DNA from: Candidatus Limnocylindrales bacterium | GTDB taxonomy: Bacteria; Moduliflexota; Moduliflexia; Moduliflexales; JAUQPW01 | Direction of reading: 5' to 3' | DNA: 64,000 nucleotides | Assembly (NCBI GenBank): GCA_035559535.1 | Contig: DATMBG010000033.1 | Location: forward strand, 61,573 to 125,572 | Shown: positions 1-10,212 of the stretch, piece after piece | Numbering within the stretch: position 1 is the first letter of the stretch | How the letters are laid out: the number at the start of each line of letters is the position of its first letter | Made by a program: the position numbers and the translations under genes | The notes under the pieces: model-generated | Told to the model about the DNA's origin: nothing | What the model saw: the letters and a program-made list of their open reading frames with translations, nothing else | The model's database searches: none

Positions 1-484
1 CAGCCCTTTAAAGGTTAAAATTGATCTCCTTCGAGCAAAGAGAAAATAATGTACAGAATATACTCCGCAAAATGTCAAAGTCAATATAAAAAATGACCTG
101 CCCACCTGAGCTGATTTTTTCATTTGTTGAACAATACTCTCCTAAAACTGGAATAATTCAGATTTCCCCATTAAATTTAGTGTTAGTGTGATGAGCTATG
201 AACAATAGTGCAAAAAGGCAGCGATGGATTTTGGAAGAGCAACCTTGAAGTTGTTTGAGATATGGTCGGTTTGAGCAGAAATTCGAGGAAAACCTATTTA
301 TTAGGATGCTGTGTCTTTATTGCCGTAATAAACTCCTCAAGGCATTTGTTAACTTAGTATACAAATACTAGTATTAAACCGGTGATTAACAAACGTATCT
401 TTAGAGTTTGTCCCAGAAAACGAGATATCCTTGGAAATTTTCCATTTTAGGGCTTTACATTGTCCTCACATTATCAAAACTTAG

Positions 485-1495
485 TTGTTGTCTAGAAATT
501 TATCATTATTTATTAATGATAGTATTGATAATCACTATTATGATAATAACCAATCCTCTATTGTAGGACATTATCGCCTCAAAATTCTGAATTGGGCTCC
601 TGGTATCTGGCTTTACTATACCTTAAACTTGTCCAATTTTTGGGCTGTTATACGTGATACTCTGTCTCATTATCTACTTATCATTGTTATCTGTATGGGA
701 ATGATAGGGTTAATCTTACAGCAGTCTAAATATATGGAGAGAACCTTACTTTTATTTTGGTTCGTAAGCTCTATAGGATTTATTACCTATAGCTATCTAG
801 GTCAGATCCTCCCGAGAAATAAGGTACCTATCCCAAGTATAGTTCCTGGATACCATTTTTTATTTTATTTAAAAGCTCTAGAATCGATCTTATTTGGTTA
901 TGGAATGGTTACTATCAGTCGGTTTATCGTTGTTTTAATTAAGTCTCTGATACTATTTGTTAACAGATCGTTCTTTATAAGAATCCCGCTTAAACCGTGG
1001 TATGAAAAAACAGTTCTATGTTTGTTAATCCTAGTTGCTTTTGTAAAAGTTTATCCATCGTACCTATCTCGGGAAGATTTTACTGCATTCCGTATCTTGG
1101 CTCAACAGATGAGCCAAAAACAGGATATGAAAGCCTTTATTTGGATTCGAGAACATACTCAGCCAACGGATGTCTTTTTAGCTCCCGATGATTTAGCCCT
1201 GTTCCTGGTGGGAGCATCCGGGCGTAAAGTGATTGCTGTGGATGGCTTTTTTTCAAATCCTTATGTAGATTGGTCCTCTCGTGTTTTTGATAGAAATTTA
1301 ATGCTTAACTACTTAAAAAACGGGGATTTTGAAGGGTTTTGTATGTTAGCTCTTAAGCATCATGTCACGTATATGGTTACCTACAATGATCAATCTCAGT
1401 ACATAAATGACTCTACCTCATCTTTTCTACGCAAAGAATTTTCGAGTGATAAAACAAGCATTTATGGGGTTCTAGGATGTCCCAAAAATCCATAA
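485..1495 (+). CDS. Hypothetical polytopic membrane protein encoded in a markedly AT-rich segment
   Basis: 336-aa ORF in AT-rich DNA, where long ORFs are unlikely by chance. N-terminal half is hydrophobic (several predicted TM helices), C-terminal about 150 aa is soluble. No recognisable catalytic motif. Confidence 0.4.
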   Translation: MLSRNLSLFINDSIDNHYYDNNQSSIVGHYRLKILNWAPGIWLYYTLNLSNFWAVIRDTLSHYLLIIVICMGMIGLILQQSKYMERTLLLFWFVSSIGFITYSYLGQILPRNKVPIPSIVPGYHFLFYLKALESILFGYGMVTISRFIVVLIKSLILFVNRSFFIRIPLKPWYEKTVLCLLILVAFVKVYPSYLSREDFTAFRILAQQMSQKQDMKAFIWIREHTQPTDVFLAPDDLALFLVGASGRKVIAVDGFFSNPYVDWSSRVFDRNLMLNYLKNGDFEGFCMLALKHHVTYMVTYNDQSQYINDSTSSFLRKEFSSDKTSIYGVLGCPKNP

Positions 1496-2302
1496 ATTCT
1501 CCTTTTACTTAAAGACTACTTAAAACAGGATTTCTATGGTACTTTTTACCGGTAATGTATGGCTATATACAAACGATATTACTCGTACTAAAATCAAACG
1601 ATATACTATGGGGACATCGGGTTTGATATTTAATGGAAAGACTATAATATCTATCCCTCGAAAGTCATGAGAACGTTCACGTAGAATATACACCCTCTGC
1701 TGGTTTCTACCAAATGTTAGCGGGATATTATACAGGATCAGGAGGAACTGCAATTGATTATCTTTACAGGTATGGGGGAGATACCTGGTTTTACTATGCA
1801 ACTGTTTTGTCATCTACAGGTTTAATCGGGATGCCAGCCGCGCATCCTAACACCTTTCATAAGGTTTATTTTGCTTGGTTTGATGCACAAGGCTACCCAG
1901 AGATCTATTATACGAGTTGGTAACTATAACAAGTGCAATCATAAAATTTTTATTGACTTCCATAGATAGACTCCTTACCCTAATTCTTGAGTCTTAAGGC
2001 CTTTAAACAGGATTAACTTTTTACCAGGAGGTGCTTTTATGTGCTGGGAGTGGGAAGAAGAAATTTATAGAAATTGGCTAAAAAACCGAATTCAACAAGA
2101 ACAAAAACAGGATCAGATGGAAGAAAAAGAGGTTGAGGAGATTTCCGAGGTAAAGGAAAAACAGGTTCGTTCAGATGCTCCCATCTATAGATACTTAAAA
2201 TCCGATCTGGATACCAAAAATGAAAGTAGACGGAAATCCGTAAAAACCCATTAGCCTCTTAAAATCGGTTAGAACCACACCAGAAACCCGTTTTCTTAGA
2301 TT

Positions 2303-3238
2303 TTGGATAACTACCTGATTAATGAAAACGGGTTTCTCAATCCTTTTTCCAGTCCAAAAGAAGCTATGATTGTGGATGGTCACACCCATGTTTGGAGATA
2401 TCCCGAGCACTTAAGCGATGAATTTGTCTACGATGCTTCCCATGTCGGTGGGATTCCTGGAGGACAACAAGAAAAGATAAACCCCATTATGAATATAAAC
2501 CTGGACGATCACTGGAAGGCCATGGAGCCGGTAGACAAAGCCATTGTAGTGGCTTTTAAAAGTAATCATTTAAAGGTCCATGTGCCCAATGAATATGTGG
2601 CTCAGTACGTGCAAATACATCCAGATAAGCTTATCGGTTTTGCCTCGGTAGATCCCCACGATCCAGATCCTATAGCAGAGATAGAACATGCGGTTGAAGA
2701 TCTGGGTCTCAAGGGGCTTAAGCTCTCCCCTATTTATCAAAATGTCCCTCCAACGGATCCCGGCCTGCTCCGAATTTTTGGAAAAGCCGAAAAACTGGGA
2801 TTACCTGTTCTTATCCACCAAGGAGCTACTTTTCCCAGGCGGGTTAATCTCAAAAATGCCCTTCCAGTTCTCCTGGAAGACGTTGCACTTCAGTTTCCCG
2901 ACTTGAAGATGGTTATTGCCCACTTGGGTCATCCCTGGGAAGTAGATACCCTTGTTTTAATCCGAAAGCAGCCGAATCTCTATGCGGATATCTCAGCCCT
3001 TTATTATCGCCCCTGGCAGCTTTACAATTCCCTGATATTAGCCATGGAATACGGGGTGACCCACAAGTTAATATTTGGCTCCGATTATCCCTTCACTACC
3101 CCGGCCAGTACCATCCGGGCTCTCTATGAACTTAACAACCTGGTGGAGGGGACCCGATTGCCTAAAATACCCAAAGAAGTGCTGGATGGAATTATCTATC
3201 GGGATAGTCTGGCCCTTCTGAATCTTACTGTTCCATAA
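2303..3238 (+). CDS. Amidohydrolase-2 family metal-dependent hydrolase (TIM barrel)
   Basis: N-terminal metal-binding motif 'DGHTHVW' and overall amidohydrolase-like sequence. The ORF begins at a TTG; the first in-frame ATG (MIVDGHTHVW) is near 2366, so the start is uncertain. Confidence 0.65.
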   Translation: MDNYLINENGFLNPFSSPKEAMIVDGHTHVWRYPEHLSDEFVYDASHVGGIPGGQQEKINPIMNINLDDHWKAMEPVDKAIVVAFKSNHLKVHVPNEYVAQYVQIHPDKLIGFASVDPHDPDPIAEIEHAVEDLGLKGLKLSPIYQNVPPTDPGLLRIFGKAEKLGLPVLIHQGATFPRRVNLKNALPVLLEDVALQFPDLKMVIAHLGHPWEVDTLVLIRKQPNLYADISALYYRPWQLYNSLILAMEYGVTHKLIFGSDYPFTTPASTIRALYELNNLVEGTRLPKIPKEVLDGIIYRDSLALLNLTVP

Positions 3239-3296
3239 TTGGAAACCAGGAGTTAGGAACCAGCCTATACCGGCTTCTGATTTCTGAATAACCCAG

Positions 3297-4232
3297 ATGG
3301 CCCAAATGAAAAACCTTATCTATGAAGAGATTGAAGTTGGAGAGGACCTGGGTCCTTACCAGCATCCTTTAACCAAACAACTGGTTCAAAAATACTGTGC
3401 CGCCATAGATAGTACTTATCCCTGGCAGATCCTCGAGAACTCTACGCCCATCCCTGTTGTTCCCCCTACCCTGATAGGTAATCTTTCTTTTCGTCTACTT
3501 GAAACCAAATTTTATCGACAACCTGGAACCATCCATGCAAGTCAGGAGATGAAGTTTTTCCGTCCCATTCGCCTGGATCGTAAGCTTTTCTCCAGGGGAA
3601 GAATGTTGGATAAATATATAAAACGGGGTAAGCGATGGGTGGTCTATGAAGCTTATTTTTACCATGAAGACGAGCAGGACTTGGGATACAGTCGGATAAC
3701 CGAGGTTCTACCTGGCTTTGTCAGGGAGCCAGAAGAACATAGAAACCCTATCGAACCCAGGGACGCCCAGACGCCGAGACGCATGAATTTCGAGCTACCC
3801 TCCACGTCCCAGGGTATTTCGGCTCCGGGTACCGTTCTCGGACCCGTTATTCGAAAGATCACCCAGGAAAAAATGACCGCCTACTCCGAGGATAGCCAGA
3901 CCGCCCAACGAGGTATTTCCATTCATATCCACGAAGAAGTAGCCCGGAAAGCAGGTTTAAAAGGAACTGTGGCCCAGGGTCTTATGTTTGTGGATTACAT
4001 TTCGGAATTGATGGCCCAAACCTTCGGAATGGGTTGGATCCAGCATGGAGAGCTTTCTGTTAAATTTATTGCATCGGTTTATGCTGGTGATGAAATTACA
4101 GCCAGGGGAGTGGTTAAGGAACAAGTTATCGAAGGCACATATCCCCGGACCCTGGTTGAAGTCTGGTGCGAGAATCAGGCAGGACAAAAGGTAACCGTAG
4201 GAATTGCCAGTGCCATCAACCCTCAACCATGA
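3297..4232 (+). CDS. MaoC-like (hotdog fold) dehydratase / enoyl-CoA hydratase-like protein
   Basis: ATG start. C-terminal region 'YSEDSQ...IHIHEEVARKAGLKGTVAQGLMFVDY...' matches the MaoC dehydratase pattern. Lies next to an acyl-CoA synthetase gene. Confidence 0.6.
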   Translation: MAQMKNLIYEEIEVGEDLGPYQHPLTKQLVQKYCAAIDSTYPWQILENSTPIPVVPPTLIGNLSFRLLETKFYRQPGTIHASQEMKFFRPIRLDRKLFSRGRMLDKYIKRGKRWVVYEAYFYHEDEQDLGYSRITEVLPGFVREPEEHRNPIEPRDAQTPRRMNFELPSTSQGISAPGTVLGPVIRKITQEKMTAYSEDSQTAQRGISIHIHEEVARKAGLKGTVAQGLMFVDYISELMAQTFGMGWIQHGELSVKFIASVYAGDEITARGVVKEQVIEGTYPRTLVEVWCENQAGQKVTVGIASAINPQP

Positions 4233-4280
4233 ACAATCCCTAGGTAAGAATTCTTCACCCCTTACCTCTTTCGCTTTTGT

Positions 4281-6500
4281 ATGGTTACAGATCTAAATCC
4301 CATGTTTAATCCCAGCTCTGTGGCGATTATAGGAGCTTCCGATGATCCTCTGAAGATAGGATATCGGCCCGTCCAAAATTGTCTTAAATTCGGCTTTAAG
4401 GGGAAGCTTTTTCCCATTAATCCCAAATATACAACGGTCGCTGGAGTGCCCTGTTATCCCCATCTTAACGAAATCAAAGAGGAGATTGATCTGGTCGTCA
4501 TTTCGGTTCCGGTTAATCAGGTCCTGAAGGCTTTAGAAGACTGTATAAACAAAGGGGTCAAAGCCGTAGTAATTTACAGCTCGGGCTTCTCAGAGATAGG
4601 AGAGGCTGGAAAACGGATTCAGGATCAGATGCGAGAACTTATCCGGACCGGTGGTTTGAGAGTTTGCGGCCCGAATTGCCAGGGAATTGCAAACCTTTAC
4701 ACAGGTCTGAATGTATCCTTTTCTACATGTTTCCTTCGCTATGGGGCTAAACCGGGTCCTTTGGGATTGGTTACCCAGAGTGGGATGGTAGGTGGCATTA
4801 TTTACCCCCTAGGACTTGAACATAACCTGGGGTTCAGTTATTGGATCAGTATTGGCAATGAAGTCGATTTGGATTTTGCCGATTGTGTAACCTATCTGGC
4901 TCAGGATGAAAATACCCGGGTCATCCTGGGTTATCTGGAAAATATGGGAGATGGTCGTAAATTACAGAGAGCCGTCCAGATAGCCCATCAACAAGAAAAA
5001 CCTGTCATAATAGTTTTAGCCGGAAGGACTGAGGTAGGGGCCCGGGCAGCTCTTTCCCATACAGGGTCTCTGGCCGGAGATGCCCGACTCACAGATGCAG
5101 TTTTGAAACAGATGGGAATTCTGCGGGTTTACGACCTTCAAGAACTTATGGATAGTGCCAACTTATTGGCCCGATCCATAGGAGGGAAAAGTAAGGCAGC
5201 AAGGTTGACAGATTGTAATTCTGCTTTAATCCCCCACCACCCCAAGTCTCATCGACCAAAACTTCCGAAGGGGAGACGGGTTGGGATTATAACGAACTCC
5301 GGAGGAACCGGTGTAATGATGGCAGATACCTGTGTGGATTTGGGATTGGAAGTACCCTCCTTCTCGGAAGATCTCCAAGAGAAAATTGCCCAGATTATTC
5401 CGGTTTTCGGATCTCCCCGTAACCCTATCGATATGTCTTTAGCGATGCTGGATCAACCGGAAGTACTTCCTCGCATTGTCCGACTCCTAGATCAAGAAGG
5501 ACCCGTAGACACCATCGTTGCTTTCCTGGGTATGATGGGGGGAACTTACCCCCTGGATAAAATTGTACCGGATCTCATCCACCTATCCCAAACAACCACA
5601 AAACCTTTCCTTGTGACCTGGATGGTCGGAGTTCAAGATGCCTTCCAAAATTTGCAAACCGCCGGGGTTATAATTTATAGAGATCCTACCCAATGCCTTA
5701 AAAGCCTGGCCACTCTGGTCCGGTATGTAGACCGGATTCAAGAATCTAAAGGAAATGGAGGAAAATGGGAGGGTAAGAGAACAGAAACCCGTCCAGCTAC
5801 TCCCCTACCTGCTCATCTGCCTGCCCATTCATCGATTTTGGATGAACATACCAGCAAGAATTTACTGGCCGGTTATGGAATTCCATCGTGCCGGGAGAAA
5901 TTAACTTCTTCGGAAGAAGAAGCGGTGCTTGCAGCTCAAGAGCTGGGTTATCCCGTGGTGCTCAAGGTTTGCTCCGCTGAGATTCCTCATAAAAGCGAAC
6001 TTGGTCTGGTAAAGATCTCTCTTTCCAACCCCGATGAGGTAAGAAAGGCTTATCGAAATCTCATGGTTACCCTGGAACAGAAAGCTCCCCGGGCTAAACT
6101 TCAGGGAATCCTGGTTCAAGAAATGGTTACAGAAGGTATCGAAATGGCTTTAGGTATCGTCCAAGATCCCCGCTTCGGTCCGGTCATCTTGTGTGGATTG
6201 GGTGGGATCTTCATGGAAATTCTTAAAGACGTCAGTTGGCGAATGGCCCCTGTAAGCCCTGCCCAGGCCAGATCTATGCTCCAGGAACTTCAAGGCTATC
6301 CCCTCCTCCTCGGAGCTCGGGGGAGGCCTCCGGCCGATCTGGAAGCCCTCATAGATACTATGGTTCGATTATCTCAACTGGCTATGGAATTATCAGAAGA
6401 AGTTAAAGAAATTGATCTAAATCCCCTCATGGTTTTAAACCGGGGAAAAGGCGTAAAAGCCGTAGATGCTTTGATGATCCTTAAACCTCATCAGATCTGA
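4281..6500 (+). CDS. NDP-forming acyl-CoA synthetase (acetyl-CoA synthetase ADP-forming type), fused alpha/beta domains
   Basis: 739 aa. N-terminal CoA-binding domain (VAIIGASDDPLKIGY), succinyl-CoA-ligase-like flavodoxin domain (GIITNSGGTGVMMADTC) and C-terminal ATP-grasp domain (GYPVVLKV...HKSELGLVK). Confidence 0.75.
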   Translation: MVTDLNPMFNPSSVAIIGASDDPLKIGYRPVQNCLKFGFKGKLFPINPKYTTVAGVPCYPHLNEIKEEIDLVVISVPVNQVLKALEDCINKGVKAVVIYSSGFSEIGEAGKRIQDQMRELIRTGGLRVCGPNCQGIANLYTGLNVSFSTCFLRYGAKPGPLGLVTQSGMVGGIIYPLGLEHNLGFSYWISIGNEVDLDFADCVTYLAQDENTRVILGYLENMGDGRKLQRAVQIAHQQEKPVIIVLAGRTEVGARAALSHTGSLAGDARLTDAVLKQMGILRVYDLQELMDSANLLARSIGGKSKAARLTDCNSALIPHHPKSHRPKLPKGRRVGIITNSGGTGVMMADTCVDLGLEVPSFSEDLQEKIAQIIPVFGSPRNPIDMSLAMLDQPEVLPRIVRLLDQEGPVDTIVAFLGMMGGTYPLDKIVPDLIHLSQTTTKPFLVTWMVGVQDAFQNLQTAGVIIYRDPTQCLKSLATLVRYVDRIQESKGNGGKWEGKRTETRPATPLPAHLPAHSSILDEHTSKNLLAGYGIPSCREKLTSSEEEAVLAAQELGYPVVLKVCSAEIPHKSELGLVKISLSNPDEVRKAYRNLMVTLEQKAPRAKLQGILVQEMVTEGIEMALGIVQDPRFGPVILCGLGGIFMEILKDVSWRMAPVSPAQARSMLQELQGYPLLLGARGRPPADLEALIDTMVRLSQLAMELSEEVKEIDLNPLMVLNRGKGVKAVDALMILKPHQI

Positions 6501-6662
6501 TCTTTACCTCTGTAGTGGGTCAAACGTCTCGTTTGACAATCTCGTTTGACAATATGGTAAAGAAATTAAATGGAAAGTAATCTTTAAGTCTGAATGAAGC
6601 ACTCGTTGACAAGGATTAATAGGTATCGGTAATCCGTTGACGAAGACTTTATTTCGGTTATA

Positions 6663-8426
6663 ATGAAAGAATCACTTGTAACTCTCAGTGGGATCCTCTT
6701 TTTCATTTTTTCCCTGACCGCTCTTTCCCTGACTGCCGACTTAACCACCTCTATACAGCCTGAGGCTCTCATAAACCATATTCGATATCTGGCCTCGGAA
6801 GACCTCAAGGGACGGTATCCTGGAACTCCAGGATCTCAAAAGGCTGTCGAGTATATCAAAGAAAAGTTTAAGGAATATGGACTCTCTCCCATTCCCTTGC
6901 CCTATATGGGGGTTAGTTTGAAATCTGTCCCTGTTTATGAGCAACCCTTTTCTATAACGATTCGGGATTTAAAAACGTTTCATCTGAATTTTAAGAAAAA
7001 GCCTTTGATTTCTCTCCATAGGGTTGAAGAAAAAAAATTTAAGAAATTCACCCCCTCCCCCCATGCAGGGAGGGTGAGGGAGGGGCTGAATCAGGCAGAT
7101 AGAATAGAAAATGATGAGCGGTTTGAACGGCCGACTTTGTCATCTCCGATTCCTTTAATTTTTTCTCCGGAAGGGACCTACCAGTTGGATCCGGTTTTTG
7201 CCGGATATGGATTAATAACTTCTGGTTATGATGCCTACCAGGGCTTAACAGTTCAAAACAAGGCCGTCATCATATTGGATGAAGTCCCGGACTTTCTTAG
7301 AAGTTATTTGAGAACCCGGGGGACCCTTCCCCTTCTCTTTGAGAAGATAAAAACGGCGCAAGAGCATGGTGCTAAAGCCCTCATCTTGTATGTAGAAGCT
7401 AATTTAAATGTTTTTGCGCCCTACCTCCTATATCCGTCCCGGCTTCCAGAGCCTATGGCCCAGGAAATTAACAAAGCTCGAAAGCAGGAAAATTTCATTT
7501 CCCTGGAAATGGAGATATCCAAGATGTTGAGTAGTGTTAAGAAACCTCCCTTTGAGGTTAAGATCCCTGTAGTACTGATTCCCTACTATCCGGCGGATAC
7601 CCCTGTATGGCTGGATGGGAAAACCACTTTCTCAGAGCTTAAAGAGTCCTTAGAACAAGCCTTCTCTTCCAACGGTCAAGATGTCACTTCCTCCTGGAAA
7701 GTGGATTTCTTAGAAAACTGGACCCTTGACCTGGAGATAAGATATAAGACTCAAGAGATTAAGACGACCAATGTTCTGGGATTTCTTCCAGGTCAAGATA
7801 TCCAGAGCTGTAAAGGGATCCTGTTGAAATGCGCCTATGAAGTCGTCATTCTAGGAGGCCATTATGATCATTTGGGAACCAATTCTGAAGGGAAAGTTTT
7901 TTACGGGGCCGATGATAATGCATCGGGGATAGCAGCACTTCTGGAAATTGCTAAAGCCCTTTCCAACAGAAAACATGAACTCAAACGGAGCGCGTTATTT
8001 ATAGCTTTTGGAGCTGAAGAATGGGGACTATTGGGATCCCAGTTTTATGTGGATCACCCGGTTGTTCCCCTGGATCGGGTGATAGCCATGCTAAATCTGG
8101 ATTCTATCGGCAAAGGTAAGCCTATGGAAATCCACCTGGTAGGCTCTTCCGTTTATCCTGAGCTGGCTTCCATAAGTCGAAAATACATGGCCCAGCTCGG
8201 ATTGAAGGAAGGCCCAAACCTGGATCATTTTGCCTTTGAGTATGGAACCGATCATTATCCTTTTCATCTAAAAGGAGTTCCTGCTATGGAATATTATGCC
8301 TCCAATTTTAACGAACTTCATACCCTTCAAGATACTCCGGCACGCATACAACCGGATAAAGTCGCTCAGGTCGCTAAAGTGGTTTTCCTGACCGCTTTTG
8401 ACTTGCTAACCACGGGGAGAAATTAA
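6663..8426 (+). CDS. Secreted M28-family zinc peptidase (aminopeptidase-like)
   Basis: N-terminal signal peptide. M28 motifs 'GGHYDHLGT', 'GADDNASGIAALLEIAKAL', 'FGAEEWGLLGSQ'. Contains an in-frame GC-rich hairpin-like insert at about 7049-7088. Confidence 0.75.
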   Translation: MKESLVTLSGILFFIFSLTALSLTADLTTSIQPEALINHIRYLASEDLKGRYPGTPGSQKAVEYIKEKFKEYGLSPIPLPYMGVSLKSVPVYEQPFSITIRDLKTFHLNFKKKPLISLHRVEEKKFKKFTPSPHAGRVREGLNQADRIENDERFERPTLSSPIPLIFSPEGTYQLDPVFAGYGLITSGYDAYQGLTVQNKAVIILDEVPDFLRSYLRTRGTLPLLFEKIKTAQEHGAKALILYVEANLNVFAPYLLYPSRLPEPMAQEINKARKQENFISLEMEISKMLSSVKKPPFEVKIPVVLIPYYPADTPVWLDGKTTFSELKESLEQAFSSNGQDVTSSWKVDFLENWTLDLEIRYKTQEIKTTNVLGFLPGQDIQSCKGILLKCAYEVVILGGHYDHLGTNSEGKVFYGADDNASGIAALLEIAKALSNRKHELKRSALFIAFGAEEWGLLGSQFYVDHPVVPLDRVIAMLNLDSIGKGKPMEIHLVGSSVYPELASISRKYMAQLGLKEGPNLDHFAFEYGTDHYPFHLKGVPAMEYYASNFNELHTLQDTPARIQPDKVAQVAKVVFLTAFDLLTTGRN

Positions 8427-8472
8427 AGAAGAAGGGAAGCATAGGAGCTTACCCTTTCTCTGATTATCTCAC

Positions 8473-10161
8473 TTGCTCAAAATTTTGACTACCTGCCGGG
8501 TCTCTTATATCTGGCCGGTCCTTGCGCTTGCGGCTTTTGGCCTACTCCTTCATGAGTATACTTACAAAGATTTTCTCATGGATGATGCCTTTATTTCCTT
8601 TCGTTATGCGGAGAATTTGGTAACCGGGCATGGACTTGTTTTCAATCGAATCGGAGATCCCGTAGAAGGATATACCAATTTTCTTTGGACACTCCTTTTC
8701 GCCGGAGTTCTTTACCTAAAGCTGGATCCGGTCATCACCGCAAAAGTCTTTGGGAGTTTATTGAGTCTCCTGGGATTAGGGCTTACTTATCGAATAGCCC
8801 GTACCATTAATGGAAAAACGGGAGAATGGGAAGGTGGGGAAGTTGGAGAATTTGAGAATCGGAGAGAAGGGGAATCGGAGAAAGGAGGAATAGAAAATCT
8901 ATGGGCAGTTTGGCCTCTTCTCTTTCTTGCTACTTCAGGATCCTTTGCTGCCTGGGCCATGGGAGGTCTGGAGACCCACCTGGTTACGGCTTTGAATCTT
9001 CTGGCTCTACAAAGTTATTTCACGGCCCATTTTCTTACTTCCGCCATCTTTTTTACTCTGGCCTCCCTTACACGCCCTGACGCCATCCTTCTGTGGGGAG
9101 CTGTTTTCTTTATGCACCTGTTTGGCCGGGTGAAGGAGAGAAGGAAAGAAAAGGAGAAGGGAAGAATAACTTCTGATTATCTTTTCCTCCTCCTCCCTTT
9201 GGGAGGATTCAGCCTGTTTTGGATATGGCGCTGGCAGTATTACGGATCCTTGTTTCCCAATACCTTCTACATGAAAACAGGTGGTGGATGGCATCAAATA
9301 CTGGCAGGAGTTTTCTATCTACTGGATTATATCCTCTCCCAGGGTGGATTTTTTCCTTTCCTTCTTTTCTACTTTTTTAAATGGAATTATGACGCCTTTG
9401 ATCATCGGGTTATTCTATCTCAAATAGGCCTTTACACCACCTTTATTATCTTATCTGGAGGGGATTGGATGCCGCTTCATCGGTTCCTGGTTCCCCTGCT
9501 TCCCCTGCTGGCTATCTTAAACACCGCAGCCTTTAAAGGCATTTATAGGAGGCTGATTCTTTTCCTGGAAAAGATGAATCCTCCATCCAAACCGGGAAAT
9601 TGGGAAAATGGAAGAGCGAAACATGATTTATTTTCCTGTTCTTTTACTCCCTCGTCCTCCCGCTCTGCTGCCCTCCTGCTCTTTATCCTGATGGGGTTCT
9701 CCTTGATATTTCCTTTGTTGGAAACTTTAACCGAGCATCCCAGGATAATGGAAGATAGTAAGGGAGTTCAGGCCCTCGTAGAGTTTGGAAAGTGGTTGGG
9801 GAAGCAGGTTTCACCTTTTTCGCTGATAGCCGTTAACCCGGTCGGGGCTATACCCTATTATTCCCGGTTAAACACTTTAGATATGACCGGATTAACCGAT
9901 TCCCATATTGCCCATCTTAAAATGGGAGGTTTACACCAAAAATACGATAGTGCTTATATTCTTAGCTATCATCCTGATTTTATTATTCTGATAGGGCGAT
10001 ATGATCCTGAAACCCGGGTCTACCAGGCTACCTGGGTGGGGGAGGAGGATTTATTTCATAATCCAGAATTTCAGTCTGAGTACCAACCGATCCATCAACC
10101 GGTTTTCAAATATAAAAAGGAGTATAGAATCGTCCTTTTTCAGCGCAAACCCTCGGGGTAG
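8473..10161 (+). CDS. GT-C-type polytopic membrane glycosyltransferase-like protein
   Basis: 562 aa, many TM helices. Acidic first-loop motif 'DDAFISFRYAENL' of the kind used by lipid-linked-sugar glycosyltransferases. TTG start in track; N-terminus uncertain. Carries an octamer-periodic purine-rich insert at 8815-8895. Confidence 0.5.
   Translation: MLKILTTCRVSYIWPVLALAAFGLLLHEYTYKDFLMDDAFISFRYAENLVTGHGLVFNRIGDPVEGYTNFLWTLLFAGVLYLKLDPVITAKVFGSLLSLLGLGLTYRIARTINGKTGEWEGGEVGEFENRREGESEKGGIENLWAVWPLLFLATSGSFAAWAMGGLETHLVTALNLLALQSYFTAHFLTSAIFFTLASLTRPDAILLWGAVFFMHLFGRVKERRKEKEKGRITSDYLFLLLPLGGFSLFWIWRWQYYGSLFPNTFYMKTGGGWHQILAGVFYLLDYILSQGGFFPFLLFYFFKWNYDAFDHRVILSQIGLYTTFIILSGGDWMPLHRFLVPLLPLLAILNTAAFKGIYRRLILFLEKMNPPSKPGNWENGRAKHDLFSCSFTPSSSRSAALLLFILMGFSLIFPLLETLTEHPRIMEDSKGVQALVEFGKWLGKQVSPFSLIAVNPVGAIPYYSRLNTLDMTGLTDSHIAHLKMGGLHQKYDSAYILSYHPDFIILIGRYDPETRVYQATWVGEEDLFHNPEFQSEYQPIHQPVFKYKKEYRIVLFQRKPSG
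8815..8895 (+). repeat. Octamer-periodic purine-rich repeat inside a CDS, translated as a G/E/W-rich loop
   Basis: ggagaatg/ggaaggtg/gggaagtt/ggagaatt/tgagaatc/ggagagaa/ggggaatc/ggagaaag read directly; encodes GEWEGGEVGEFENRREGESEKGG. Confidence 0.6.
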
Positions 10162-10212
10162 CTTTAGAGGATTGCCTTGTTTTCAAAGGAAGTCAGGCAA
10201 ACTTCTGAGTTT

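Noticed and set aside
1520-1813. 97-aa minus-strand ORF in the AT-rich segment
   Set aside because: No motif or ribosome-binding site, and it overlaps another small ORF; treated as probably spurious.
5180-5285. Basic/His-rich linker (…IPHHPKSHRPKLPKGRR…) in the acyl-CoA synthetase as a possible inserted element
   Set aside because: Its position matches the normal inter-domain linker of NDP-forming acyl-CoA synthetases and the DNA shows no repeat structure; probably ordinary linker variation.
6627-6664. Sigma-70-like promoter TTGACG-N16-TATAAT
   Set aside because: The -10 hexamer overlaps the ATG of the M28 peptidase gene (6663), so it cannot drive a transcript containing that start codon.
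9007-9297. Antisense ORFs nested inside confident genes (examples 9007-9297, 14647-14970, 21648-21971, 37128-37508, 52767-53168)
   Set aside because: They lie entirely within, and antisense to, longer ORFs with clear family motifs and have low-complexity composition typical of shadow ORFs.
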